64,000 bases of DNA, taken from NCBI RefSeq assembly GCF_039654945.1, contig NW_027361738.1, forward strand, positions 9,796,001 through 9,860,000, given 5' to 3'. Under the pieces are notes generated by a model. That model had not been told where the DNA came from and made no database searches. It worked only from the letters and a program-made list of their open reading frames with translations. A program made the translations under genes and the position numbers. Each line of letters starts with the position of its first letter. Position 1 is the first letter of the stretch. This DNA is from Dendrobates tinctorius (lineage: Eukaryota). This document shows, in pieces, positions 13,887 through 28,169 of this stretch.

Positions 13887-15948
13887 TATATATATATATA
13901 TATATCTCCATATAGTGAGTTCCTGTATCTGTATATCTGTACTATTTTTCTATTGTCTATGAGAAGTCCATGATTCTGTACAGTGAATGCATTTATTCCT
14001 AGTAAAGTTGTATATTAAAGTGTCTTTACCTTATGTCTTTGGCCCAGATGCCGGACTGGTCCCAGTACAGCTCCAGGCACAGCAGCCAGTGTTTTGCAGG
14101 CAGTGTCTACAAGGAGAGACACATATTAGTGGGAATCTCTGGTCTGGGGCAGCGGGGAAGTGTCACACTGTTTAATTACCTCGTGTGTAGACACCATTTG
14201 CACAAAGCAAGGAGATTTCTCCCCCTTCATTAATTATATTCCTTACCTTACGGAATACCTCGCAGCACAATATTCTGGAGACCTCTGCTGACATAAGGAT
14301 ATCATAAATGGCCCTGTATAACATGCCATGACCTAAAGATACATTTTAATTAATCATCCAGCCAAGGGCATATGACTTGGTATAGTTACCTAATGCATGC
14401 TGCTAAATATGGGCGAAATGCATAATTAAGACAACAACATCTACACATCGTGTGGGAATAATCTCATACTCCTATGTCTTTATGTTACAGGATTGCATTG
14501 CGGATGTGCTATTTTATATGCTTACTTATCATTCAATGACAAAAGTTATCACTGCATGCAAAACATTGTATAACTAGCTGTCCAGAGAAAAAAAAATGCA
14601 GATAGATAAGTAGATAGATAAACAATATTTTTGTTGTTTTAGTTGTTGATAATAATATCAATCATCACTATGACATGAAATATAGTCAAAATAAAGTAGA
14701 AGTTGTGACAAGATGTCTTTTAGTTGGTCAATAATTTTTTTTTCTTTAAATAATGTGAAGAAAAAAAAATCAATTTCTCACAGACATGTGCAAACAAATT
14801 GAAACGTGCTAATTGTATACTTGTTTGTATATGAAAAGTTCACCAGCTGCTTATTACATAACTCTGTTACTAATGACTTCCCAGGGAAGAAATGATCTCA
14901 TTGAATATGGTAATGATCATCCGAGTAGGACTTGTCTTTTTCTGTCCGCCAGTCATATTTTCTGTAGATTGGTATTTCCAATAAACTAAAAATCAAATTG
15001 TTAAATGTATCAGGTACTGAAATGTCACAGTTTTCCAAAGTTATTCGCTCAGATGTTTAGGAAAACACATGAAAATGTGTAAAATATACACTTGTGTACA
15101 TACATATGTACATACTTTATATATGTATATGTACCTTATAACACGTATGTGTATATATACATATGCTTTTATATATATCGTATATATGTATGATATACAT
15201 ATGGTATATACTTTGTACATGTGACTATATAATTTATGTATACGTGTGTGTACATTTATATAGTGTGTGTATATATTTATATAGTGTGTGTATATATTTA
15301 TATAGTGTGTGTATATATTTAACAGGTCAGAAATACAATATAGAAATTAATCCGATCTGTTATTTCTCATCTTGTGAGGGCATCTCGATGGGTTGTGATG
15401 ATGGATGAACGTATTTTGCTACTTTAGGGCATGGGATTTCCAGTGTGATGACCACACCATGCGCCATCACACAGGAGAGGTTTTAGTCCATGACCTCGGT
15501 GGACACGGCGTCTTCTGGTAGAAGGAGACTCCAGGGCTTCATTGGCAGATCACTTTTGGCTAGACAAGCACTTTCAACTTGACCTTGGCCTGTCTCCCTC
15601 CTCAGCCCTCACCCTGTGCTCAGTGCTGTGTATACTGGGGGTCTGGAGCATTGTCTCACTCCTCACTGTGTCCCAGCTATCATGTCATGTCTCATGGTCA
15701 GCTCATTGTCTGCAGCCGAGCAGGCGCTGGACGCAATAGTAGGAGATTTGGTTGGTTGGTTTGTTTGTTTTTATAGAAAATTTGACATAGTCATAATAAG
15801 CCGAATTAACCATTAACTTTAGAATATTTTATGAATTTCTGTGCAAGAATCTGCAACGAAATAGAGAACAATGTACAGGGATTTCGTGCAATCAATCTGC
15901 TCGATATATTTCAAGAGAATGCAGGGGGAACTGGTCTAGCATTGAAGG

Positions 15949-16017
<69 letters not shown>

Positions 16018-16894
16018 TGGATAATAGATGGATGATAGCTAGAGATAGATAATATATAGATAGATAAATAGATAATAGACAGAACTAGATAATAGATTAA
16101 TAAATAGAAAGATAATAGATAGATGATAGATAAATAATAGATAGATGCAGTGTCTATGTATATATATAGCTGTATCTGTGTGTGTATTTGTATGTGTGTA
16201 TATATGTATGTGTGCATGTATATGTATATATGTGTGTGTGTGTGTATAATATATATGTGTGAGTATGTGTGCATATATACATGTACGTTTATATATATAT
16301 ATATGTTTGATGACATATACAAAGCGCTATTTCGATTATTCTCTTCCAGTCTGTATAATTTCTTCAGCCCTTTTGTTGAGATATATATATTACTGTTTTT
16401 TAGCTGATATTTTTGAGCTGTTTCTCCATTAACCTCTTCTTTGCATTGTATAATAAAGGCAATGTGTTGGTAAATTGGATGTTTCTATAGCTCTCCTCCT
16501 CTTCCCTGTCTGTATATTGGGGTGACATATTTCAGGGGGTCTCCTCCCTGTTTACACATCTATTTATTAAGCTGGATTGCATGTTATACTGGGATGACTT
16601 GTTTTATTCTTGCTCTTATGTGCATATTGATGTGATGAGATGATGAGAGCAGAGGAATGATGGCCATAGTGTAGAGCCACAGGGGGCCCTCCCTGTCGTG
16701 CAGCACCATAAGTGCAGAGGCTGCAGAATGGATCATGCATTAAACACTGCATGCTGCTCTAGAATCTCTGTATGTGTGTGTATATGGGCCTGGATTGATG
16801 ATGCGCTGAATGGTGACTTATATAAGGGAAGAGGAAGAAGAAAGGAGGAAAAAAATGGAATTATCTGCAGCTCAGCTCTGGGGTCTGGCGGCTG

Positions 16895-17021
16895 CTTTGC
16901 ATATCACGTGGGCCGCCTGGGCCAATGAGCGGGCGCGCTGCGCCAGGCTGAGGCTACACTCGCAGAGCTGCAATGTGCTCCGCTCAGTCTTTGGGGCTTT
17001 TAATGCGGAGCTGCCCGGGCT
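16895..17021 (+). promoter_or_regulatory. hoxa13 proximal promoter / 5'UTR
   Basis: TTTGCATATCACGTG (E-box), GCCAAT at 16921-16926, CpG-rich, immediately 5' of the ATG. Confidence 0.7.
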
Positions 17022-17673
17022 ATGACAGCCTCCGTGCTGCTCCATCCCCGCTGGCCCGAGCCGCTCATGTTCCTCTACGACAACAGCTTGGATGACATTA
17101 ACAAGAACATGGAAGGATTCGCCGGCAGCAACTTCGCAGCGAACCAGTGCAGGAACCTGATGGGGCACCCGGCCGCCGCCTCCCTGGCCCCCAGCGGCGC
17201 CTACTCCTCCAGTGAGGTGCCAGTGTCGGGCATCGCGGAGGCCGGCAAGCAGTGCAGCCCCTGCTCCGCGGTGCAGAGCTCCTCCGGCGCCAGCCTGCCC
17301 TACGGCTACTTCGGCAGCAGCTATTACCCCTGTAGGATGAGCCACCACAGCACCATCAAGTCCTGCGCGCAGCCCTCCTCCTTCGCAGACAAGTACATGG
17401 AGACCTCAGTCTCTGCTGGGGAAGACTTTCCTTCCAGGGCCAAGGAGTTCGCCTTCTACCAGGGATATGCCACCGCCCCCTACCAGCCAGTGCCAGGCTA
17501 CCTGGATATGCCCGTAGTGTCCACCATTGGGGCACCTGGGGAACCGAGGCACGAACCATTACTGTCAATGGATAGCTACCAGCCCTGGGCGATAACCAAT
17601 GGCTGGAATGCGCAGGTTTACTGTGGCAAGGATCAGAGCCAGCCAAGCCACCTGTGGAAGTCCACCCTACCCG
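17022..17673 (+). CDS. hoxa13: Homeobox protein Hox-A13, exon 1
   Basis: [21 protein letters not shown]...KEFAFYQGY...HLWKSTLP; phase-1 donor G|GTAAC at 17673/17674. Confidence 0.97.
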
Positions 17674-18423
17674 GTAACACACCGATAACACCACTCTTAC
17701 AGCAGGATTTATTCCTCTTATCTTTTATCAATATTATCTATCTATCATTTATCTATTATCTATCTATTATCTATCTATCATCTATCTATCTATTATTTAT
17801 CTCATATGTATTATCTATATATCTGGCATCACTTTATGTATTATATACATTATCTCTATCTTTCTATCTATCTGATAATCGTATCTATATATTATATATT
17901 ACATATTTATCATCTGTATCTTTCTTTCTCTATTTCTTTCCCTTTTTTTTTCTATCAACAGTATTTAGATCTCATTTATCCCGCTTTGCATCCTACATGC
18001 ATATTTTACTTTACACACCCAAAAAAAAACCTCAAAGGCATGATGTAATTTGATGTCTATCATCTATTTACCGTTTAACATAAATCACCATATCATAATA
18101 TAATATATTCACAATGATGTCGTGTAGACACAATAATATTGTTCTGTATACACATCTTTCTAGATATATGTGTCTACATACAGCAGATTCACATCATTGT
18201 GTGTGCATAAGATCATTGTGAATATATAATTAATTAAAAAAACGAATACATAAAATTACGCACTTTCCCCTTTCCACTGTATATGTCATTTTAACCCATA
18301 TTACTAAAGTAAGAGACTAATATTGCTAATGCAGAACAGATTTATTTTAATGGGTGATATAACATTTTCTGTATACACGTATATATTTTATATAATAATT
18401 GTATATATAATATATATTATATC

Positions 18424-18464
<41 letters not shown>

Positions 18465-18736
18465 GACACACAAAAAGAGACACCTTTAAGTACACCCACT
18501 TTAAGATAGCTCGATAGATAGATAGATAGATAGACAGATAATACATAGATAGATAGGAGATGGATAGATAGATAATAGATAGATAGATAGATAGATAATA
18601 TATAAATAGATAGAACATATTTACATACATCTAAATGCAATCTCCATTTTTCTCCATACACTGTCTGTGACTTGCTGTGTGACTGTGTTGGTGACAGGCA
18701 GCACCATATCTCAGTGACCTGTGCTTTTCTTTTCAG

Positions 18737-18981
18737 ACGTGGTCTCCCATCCTTCTGATGCCAACTCGTACAGACGAGGCAGAAAAAAACGCGTTCCTTA
18801 CACTAAAGTGCAACTGAAAGAACTGGAAAGGGAATATGCGACAAATAAATTTATCACAAAGGACAAAAGGCGCAGGATATCAGCCACCACCAACCTGTCA
18901 GAGAGGCAGGTCACTATTTGGTTTCAGAACAGGAGAGTCAAAGAAAAAAAAGTCATCAATAAACTGAAGACCACGAGCTAA
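18737..18981 (+). CDS. hoxa13: Homeobox protein Hox-A13, exon 2 (homeodomain)
   Basis: Acceptor TTTTCTTTTCAG|; [39 protein letters not shown]...KLKTTS*; spliced CDS 897 nt / 298 aa. Confidence 0.97.
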
Positions 18982-20363
18982 TCAGTGGATTATAGCCAGC
19001 AGGTCCTTATCACAATGAACCCATCCATTCTCTCCCTGGCAAGTCTCCTGGAGCCCTTTGAAATTGGTTAAAGATATAAAATCTGGACAATGTATCTGGG
19101 GAGGGGAAGGGTGAAAAAGAATAAATGAAGGAGGCCAAGACTCTGATCTTGTTGGAGATCACCCGACTCTGTATCTACTGGTGGAATTATTCTTCTGCAG
19201 CCTGATGTGACTTGTGAATTTGATCATAAAGGACGAGTAGCCTTTAATCAAGAATCGATGTAATAATTGCGCTTTGAACCTTGAAACCAGACTGCATGTT
19301 GAGTGACTGCTCAGGTAACTTGTATCTTTACTGTATGTTCACTCTATACATTCTTATATATTACCAGATGGGTATAGTGATGTTTTATGAAGAATGTCCA
19401 GTTCTATGGAGGGGTGGATGTCACTCTCTCTACAAGCCCATCAGTAAGGAGAAGCCCTCCTAGGCCTTCCCTGAAATGACACATGGATGTGGTGGGCACT
19501 GAGGGGCTTTATCGTTACCTCTTTTTTTTTTTTTTTACATTAATAATAATAATCTGACACATTGGACTTACAATAATGTGCAAAGGACAAAACTCCAATC
19601 TCCACCTGGACGGATTATTGTAAATACCCGGTTGTGTATAATAAATGCCCATGTTACAGAAGTATAAGCCTGCAATGATAATTCATGGTTCAGTCCTTAG
19701 AATGGTATTAGGAATGATTCTGTTTTATTTTTCTGTAATTTGGCCGAGTTATTAGATCATGATAATCATTTCCAGCACTTTGAGATCTCATCAGCAATTA
19801 TTTTAAACGTTTGTTTCGTCTCTACTCACTTCTAAAAAAAAAAAATGCTATCCTGTAAATACTAATTATAATAATTATAATAATAAATTAGCTCACTGTG
19901 AACGATATTTGTGCACCAGACATTTTTTTCTTTATTCTGCCCTGATCCTCTAGCTGCAATATGTTAAATAGAAAAAAAAAAATAGGGGTCAATTTTGGAA
20001 ACTCAATCATATGATCTGGAAGAGTGATGTGTGCTGCAAAAAGGTTTAGTCATTAGTTATGCACAAATCATATATTAGAGACCCTGTTTGGAATCTATAA
20101 TTGACCCATCATGAGATGTGTGTGTTATATATGATATTGCACTGGGCTTGATCATGAATGGCCACCTTCATCTGAAAATAAATTATCCGGAAGATCCTCT
20201 CATGATCCTTAGCTCAGAGCTGTATTTTCTGGGAAGCTGTGGCGATTGTTGAAACAACTGGGATGGGAAGGCCTTAAACCTTGACCTTGAGGAACAGAGA
20301 CAATTTGTGACCTTGACTTCTGACAGCTCATGAATAGGCATCACTAGGATTAGTAGATCAATT

Positions 20364-20377
20364 GCGCCATCTGGTGT
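20364..20377 (-). promoter_or_regulatory. CTCF motif between hoxa13 and hoxa11
   Basis: Minus strand ACACCAGATGGCGC matches the CCASYAGRKGGCR consensus except at the first base. Confidence 0.7.
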
Positions 20378-22095
20378 TCAAAAGCCGATCTACAGCGCCG
20401 ATTATTAGCTGTTATAAGGCTTGAAATGTCTAAACTTGTAACCAACTAATTTTTTACTAATCAAAACAGCTTTTGAAGGTTTTATGGTTATTGTGGTTCA
20501 CTTAATTATTAGATCATGGGCACATAAGCTACTTAATTTACAGATGATAGTATTTTATTTATTACTTTTATATTGCAGATATCCATCTTTTCAGAGTATT
20601 TATAAAAAAGCAAAGCATATTTCCTACATATTTTTCAAATTTTTTAGCAGTAATTTACAGTTCTGTTTTATTGTTTGTTAGACTATTTATTTTTTCTTTG
20701 TTTTTTTTTATTTTGTTCCTTTTTTGTTTTGTTTTATTTTCTTGTCATATGTAATTTCACCAGAATATAGGAAAACATTTGTACTGCTACTGAAGATTTT
20801 AATATATATTGCACTCATGGAATGACTGCTTAGCAATTTAAGATGATTTAAAGTTGTTTGGGGCAATACAGCACCATTTCTACATTCTATAAATCTGTCT
20901 TTCCCTTTCAATTACAGTTATACAACATTTAATGTAACAATTAAAATGTATTATTTGCCTTAAATGCATTTCTTCCAATTATAAGGCAGGGAACTAAAAT
21001 TGTGTATTTACAGCAGTTTTGCGCTCAATAACTATTTAATATAACGCAAATAGGATAGTAATAAAATACAAGTAGTGGAACTATATATTGCTTACATTAT
21101 CTAGAAAATTCCTTAAATTATCTAAAAAGTTCCAAGTGAATACTTTATTATTATTTTACATAGTAATGAAATATAGGCGAATAGTAATTAAATATAAGTG
21201 TCTGGACTATATATTGCTTAAATTATCTAGAAAGCTCCAAGTAAATACTTTCTTAATATTTTATAATACATTTGTATACATAAAATACCATAATTCTGGA
21301 ATTCTTATTGAAGAAGGGAGTTTTAAATAAGCAAACAATAAATAGCAATTTCTCTGTGGTTAAAGTTACGTTATGACTTTTGTGGAGAACTGTATTTTTT
21401 TAGTAATATAAAAAATATCTGTAGGATAGAAGAAAAATATATATTTGTACTATGTTAGCAAGTGGATAGAAGTCAGATAAAATAATAGGATGCAAAACAA
21501 TACAAATATAAAATAAGAAATTACATAGATCATAGAGAGATGAGATATATAGATAGATAGATATTACGTAGGTNNNNNNNNNNNNNNNNNNNNNNNNNNN
21601 NNNNNNNNNNNNNNNNNNNNNNNNNNNNNNNNNNNNNNNNNNNNNNNNNNNNNNNNNNNNNNNNNNNNNNNNNNNNNNNNNNNNNNNNNNNNNNNNNNNN
21701 NNNNNNNNNNNNNNNNNNNNNNNNNNNNNNNNNNNNNNNNNNNNNNNNNNNNNNNNNNNNNNNNNNNNNNNNNNNNNNNNNNNNNNNNNNNNNNNNNNNN
21801 NNNNNNNNNNNNNNNNNNNNNNNNNNNNNNNNNNNNNNNNNNNNNNNNNNNNNNNNNNNNNNNNNNNNNNNNNNNNNNNNNNNNNNNNNNNNNNNNNNNN
21901 NNNNNNNNNNNNNNNNNNNNNNNNNNNNNNNNNNNNNNNNNNNNNNNNNNNNNNNNNNNNNNNNNNNNNNNNNNNNNNNNNNNNNNNNNNNNNNNNNNNN
22001 NNNNNNNNNNNNNNNNNNNNNNNNNNNNNNNNNNNNNNNNNNNNNNNNNNNNNNNNNNNNNNNNNNNNNNNNNNNNNNNNNNNNNAGATATTAGG

Positions 22096-22148
<53 letters not shown>

Positions 22149-22832
22149 CTCGCAGATCAGTCTTCCATTCTTCTTCCATATTCTCTCTGCTGTCCCGGGT
22201 ACAGTAATGTGACGATCTTCTGTGTGACTTTTTTGAATCTGCAAATAAATTTAACACTCCATTCAGCACTTCGCAGAGGAAATTAATATTTCACCGGGGC
22301 ATCCTGGGGTAAGCATTAAAAGATTACTCCAGGTTCAAGTTTATTAGTTATAAAATACCATAGTATTCCTATAATTGCAGACCAAACAACTGTTGACATT
22401 CTGCATATGCCAACGAGTTAATAAAACTTCCTTGCATCTGATTAGCGGCTCAGGAGCGTCTCGGGGCAGAGGGCAGGGCTCTAATCCCAGATAACATGGC
22501 CTATGGAGAAACACCGACTGCCGGCGATGGCTGCAGCTCCAGGCTCGTTAGTTAGTGAGGCGCTGCTGAGTGCAGGAGGCGGCTCTGTCCTGTCCTCCAT
22601 GTGTGCACAGTCTCTAGGTTGGATATATCGCAAGCAAAGTCGGTTAATGGCACCTAGAATATTAATACAAGTCATAAACCATTGTAATTACCAATGACAG
22701 CCGCAGGGCTTGCACTTTACATCAGGTCCTGTTGTGTTTTCTGTTGAGGACAAGTTTCTTTTTTTTTCTTCCTTTTATAATCTTCCTTTTCATGTTTTCT
22801 GTGCCTTTAGTTTTTTCCTGCCTTCTTTATTG

Positions 22833-22866
<34 letters not shown>

Positions 22867-23683
22867 CATTATTATTATTCAATGTACATTTTTCTTCCTA
22901 GTGATCGTCATTCATCTGTGTATTTTGTGATTTTTTTAAAAAAAACCTTGTATTTTTTTTCCTGCTGCTCATTTCCCTTTAGAATTCGTGCAGTAATGTC
23001 TACTGGTCTCTTGTGATGTTTCCTTGGTATTACAGCTCACTGGATTTAGTCTCAGTGACTTCAGTATGTTCATATACATGTATTATATTCTACTATAATA
23101 TATTCCCTTATAGTGTTTTATATGGCACTTTAAATCTTTATATCAGTAAAGGTGTGACATAGCAATAGAGGTCAGTGCTGTTCTTCATTATGCAGAAATA
23201 AGGTGGGGGGTAATATGTAATGATGGGATTTTCTGTGACAGAAGGCAGTGGAATATAAATGTAGGAAGGGAAGCAAACAGTTCACTGCTTGGGATACAGA
23301 GAAAAAAAAACAGTAAAGGGACCATGACCAGATATTGTGATGAGATCAAAAAACCAAACCCTTGCCTTTNNNNNNNNNNNNNNNNNNNNNNNNNNNNNNN
23401 NNNNNNNNNNNNNNNNNNNNNNNNNNNNNNNNNNNNNNNNNNNNNNNNNNNNNNNNNNNNNNNNNNNNNNNNNNNNNNNNNNNNNNNNNNNNNNNNNNNN
23501 NNNNNNNNNNNNNNNNNNNNNNNNNNNNNNNNNNNNNNNNNGATAGATAATAGATCGATAGAGATATACATAGATTTGCTAATACTTTTTAATCATAATT
23601 TAAACACGAAGAGTTACTTCATGCTGCATATATGCATTAATTTTTAATATTTAAATTCTGATTAACTTATTAGTTATGTATGT

Positions 23684-23730
<47 letters not shown>

Positions 23731-24055
23731 TGGATAGTCTTTTACTATGCAGCGATACACCTGATGGTACCTATAGGTCCTTTCTTTACCTTTTCTGTCC
23801 ACAATTTCTTCCACACAATAAGCACACATTTAATTCTGCAACAAATATCATTAGCACAATTGTTGACATCAAATTAATTTTATTAACACATTATTTTATT
23901 TTACTGCTCCAGGAAACATTGTCAAAGTGCTCATTTTTCTTAAAGCAAATAAATCTCAGTATTAGTATTACAGTATTATTTATTTTATTAAGTATTTATT
24001 ATTAAGTATCGCATGTCCTCTGTGTCAGGATCTAGGAGATACATACAAGTGCTCC

Positions 24056-24056
<1 letters not shown>

Positions 24057-24114
<58 letters not shown>

Positions 24115-24170
24115 TTATATAGCGCCATTAATTCCAGGGTGCTGTACATGAGAAGGGGTTATATACAAAG
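24057..24170 (-). mobile_element. 3' tail of an L2-type LINE/SINE with (TAA)n tail
   Basis: (ATT)n followed by TATATAGCGCCATTAATTCCAGGGTGCTGTACATG; near-identical copy at 46589-46668. Confidence 0.55.
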
Positions 24171-25090
24171 TTATAGATATCGTGTTTCCTTCTTTCTGCC
24201 CATAGGGTGACACATGGATTCTTGCTCCTTGCTGGACGCTGTTCATACCCATCTGATATTCCGCTCCCCTGTGTCCGGCATCATTCAGTCTTACCCCTGT
24301 ATAGTATCAGTGCTGGCACGGTGCGAGCATTGCCTTGTTTGCGATGAAGCTCCTACAGGAATCTTATGGCAGTCTTCTCCAAATCTAGATTTCACAATTG
24401 GGGATAAAACACATTGGAGGTCAAGTTCAAGGCATTACATGTACTGGGGATTAGTTTCTAATGCATGAATACAATAATTCTCTGTTGAGCAGGAAAGCCG
24501 CGGATGTGCTGCACAATGTGCACAGTGCCCAGATCAGTAATAAGTGGAGCTCTTCAACCAAATGATTATTCTCACATAAGACTTATATTGATATTTTTCT
24601 ATTCATTTTCTGTCTCAGTAAAAAAAAAAAAAATCAAAGTTGGAAAATTCCAAATGTCGATTCCAAAGATGGTGCTGCTTTTTTTTTTCAAGCTGGCTTA
24701 ACTCTTGCCATAGGCACATATGCGGAAAGCAGCCTATTCAGTGCCTGCCAGACGGTCTAGACTGCATGTTCTCAAAGCCCCGGAATTGCCTGCAATAATC
24801 ATAGACCTGCACCTGCAAATGGCCACTAAAAAGAGGCCAGTGCTATATAATTAATGTATCAGAAAATGTGCTGCAGGGGAGGCGACATGTGCACATCCGT
24901 CTGACTGCAATCACACAGGGAGAAAAAAACCGCTGACAAGAGGAAAAAACAGCAGGAGAATGAATGAGAGCGCCTCTAAATGTGTGTAATCCTCTGCGCA
25001 TATACATATGCATGTATCTATGTATGTGTGTATACATAAATATATATATATGTATATATATATCTGTGGATGGATGGACGGATATATATA

Positions 25091-25145
25091 TACTGCTCAA
25101 AAAATAAAGGCAACACCATTCCATTTGCAACAGGCTGTTTGTGTT
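25091..25145. mobile_element. Tc1-type mini-MITE (copy 2, cut by a gap)
   Basis: TACTGCTCAAAAAATAAAGGCAACAC; interior is the reverse complement of copy 3. Confidence 0.7.
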
Positions 25146-25454
25146 NNNNNNNNNNNNNNNNNNNNNNNNNNNNNNNNNNNNNNNNNNNNNNNNNNNNNNN
25201 NNNNNNNNNNNNNNNNNNNNNNNNNNNNNNNNNNNNNNNNNNNNNNNNNNNNNNNNNNNNNNNNNNNNNNNNNNGATGATGGATACACACCACCACTGGA
25301 CTACTATACATGTAGAATAAAATGAAAAGTCATTACTTCCTTTACAAAAGGTGAACAAACAGTATTTATTTCATGCGCTTGAGTTTGGAATAAACACTTT
25401 TTTTCTCACCTTATAAAATTAGAGTGCTGCCATTTTTATCTATATCTATCTATC

Positions 25455-25485
<31 letters not shown>

Positions 25486-26587
25486 CTATCTATCGTGTGT
25501 ACATGTATAAATAGCAAATATCTATCCATCTATATATCTATGCTCGTGCGTGTGTGTATTGTATCCTGACAGCTATTTCATCATTATTTCTACTGTATGT
25601 GAAGATGATAGATAGATAATTAGATAGATAATTAGATAGATAGATAGATAGATAATTGTTGTGGTTGTTGTTATTAATAATATTAACAATCTTTAGCTAA
25701 ACATGTACCATTGTTCTTTAGAATGTTCGCCTATTCTTTCCACATTATCTATATTTAATACAACAGTACTGTCAAAATTTCTAAATCTATGTAATTATAA
25801 TATTATGTTTTCTATTGTAATATTTTGTATTCTCCTGCTTTTTATTATTAACATTATCATACTCATCAACAAAAAAACAACAACAACACCACTGTATAGT
25901 GACAATTGCTGCAATGCGAGCTTTGTTTGTTTGTTTGTTTGTTTGGGGGTTTTTTTTGTAAGAGACATTTGTATGTGTGTGCTGCTCTATAATGCATATT
26001 TCTTAGTGGAGTTTGGAGGGCACTTTGGTAATGTGAAGCTGTGGTGTTGGGTTGTTTTGAGCCTTTGTCGCTGGAGCGGGTGATGGAGCCGGAATTGTGA
26101 TTTAGTAATAAAGCTAAAGAAAGAGAAATCACGAGGATCAGATCCTGAAACTAAACCCTCGAGCTGCAGTTTGTGCTCCGGCACATTGATCCTTGTCCTA
26201 AGGATGTTACAGAAGCTGTTGTTCTGCGTCTCTGTGCACATGAGATGCAGCATTATTGGCCTGAGGAATAACCCAGCTCCAAGGCCAGAGCAGCCATTAT
26301 TTAGTGCTCTATGGTTAAGGTCAAATACACGATAACAAAACTATTTTGTTTTCCGCCATAAAGAAGTCTCATCTTTGTAAGTTTTATTTTTTCGCCAGAG
26401 CATCTGCAAATGTCTGTCCTGCTGCATCCTGCAAGATGAAGGTGAATAGGTGCGTATATATGGAGCATGGTCACAATGTATCATTCTCTAATTTCTCCCA
26501 CGAGTTGCACAAATAATCTCACACTGGATATAGATATATGGATGGATGGATAATAGATAGATGATAGATAGATAGATGATAGATAGA

Positions 26588-26810
26588 TAATAATAATAAT
26601 CTTTATTTTTATATAGCGCTAACATATTTCGCAGCGCTTTACAGTTTGCACACATTATCATCACTGTCCCCGATGGGGCTCACAATCTAAATTCCCTATC
26701 AGTATGTCTTTGGAGTGTGGGAGGAAACCTGAGTACCCGGAGGAAACCCACGCAAACACGGGGAGAACATACAAACTCCTTGCAGATGTTGTCCTTGGTG
26801 GGATTCGAAC
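26588..26810 (-). mobile_element. tRNA-derived V-SINE, 5'-truncated
   Basis: Minus strand: B-box GTTCGAATCC, V-domain GAGTTTGTATGTTCTCCCCGTGTTTGCGTGGGTTTCCTCCGGGTACTC, L2-like tail GCGCTATATAAAAATAAAGATTATTATT. Confidence 0.8.
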
Positions 26811-28169
26811 TATCCATGANNNNNNNNNNNNNNNNNNNNNNNNNNNNNNNNNNNNNNNNNNNNNNNNNNNNNNNNNNNNNNNNNNNNNNNNNNNNNNNNN
26901 NNNNNNNNNNNNNNNNNNNNNNNNNNNNNNNNNNNNNNNNNNNNNNNNNNNNNNNNNNNNNNNNNNNNNNNNNNNNNNNNNNNNNNNNNNNNNNNNNNNN
27001 NNNNNNNNNNNNNNNNNNNNNNNNNNNNNNNNNNNNNNNNNNNNNNNNNNNNNNNNNNNNNNNNNNNNNNNNNNNNNNNNNNNNNNNNNNNNNNNNNNNN
27101 NNNNNNNNNNNNNNNNNNNNNNNNNNNNTATAGCAGTATACACCAAGCATTTTTCTATACACACAAAAGCAGTGGTTACAATAATGGTTGCTGCCATCAT
27201 ACAAACCTTCCAGCTTGCACACAGTGTGACCAGTGACTGCTTGGAGCATGTGGAGCGGAGGTCATGGCTGCTTGGAGGTGGCGTCTCCTGTGAGCCCCTG
27301 GCCATGTCGGCTGGGACACAGGCTGAAGTTGACTGCCAAATGTGCCATAAACCGCAGGTCAGTCTGAGCTCCTTCACTTCTCCTTGACGCGCCGACTTCA
27401 ATTATAGCCTTAGAAGCCTCAATACAAGTGTAAGAATTTGTTTTCCTTCTCAGAGGCGGGGCAGGGGGTGGCTGTGGTGGCGCCTTTGTCTCACAGTCAA
27501 AGGAGACCTATCTCTCCAATCATCCATCCATTTATCCATCTAACTATTCCTGCAGCCATCTGTATATTGTGGTGCTACGTCTGACAATGTAGATGTGTAT
27601 ACACAGAATTACACATACATGTACATATAACCCATGAGCATAGTGGGCTTTGTGTGGAGTATTGGGGTATTATGGTCTGATGTAGTGTAAAACGATCAGA
27701 TGTGACCATAGGAAGGAAATAGTGAGCTTCACGTAGGTTTGCAGCAGTCAGGGTGGGGGAGGGGACATGATGCCTTCTGTTTTAGAGGCTCTGCACATTC
27801 TTTCCCCCCACAGTTCACAAGGCAGCACCATGGTAAGCAGCATATGGAATTGTATTTGATGTCATATACTGGAATATGCTACAGGACAGAATGATCTGAC
27901 TGCATAGCTGTACCTGCCTGCCCGGTGTTATTGGCACATGCATCTAAGGTCCACCAGAATTATCAAAGAGAAGGGCTGGAAACAGACAAAGACCTTATTT
28001 TACACTGGATATGTCCCCATATAAAGGATGTGTGATTTGCGCAATGAATCCCAGTCCAGATTTAGTCTCAGTGCATCCTCACCTTCAGTAAACACTAAGC
28101 AACAGTGCTCCCTCAGCCTCATTGTTCCCTCAACCTCAGTGCACTGTCAGCCTCAGTGCTTTCCCAGAA

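Noticed and set aside
17150-17260. Absence of long poly-alanine tracts in Hox-A13
   Set aside because: This is the normal non-mammalian state.
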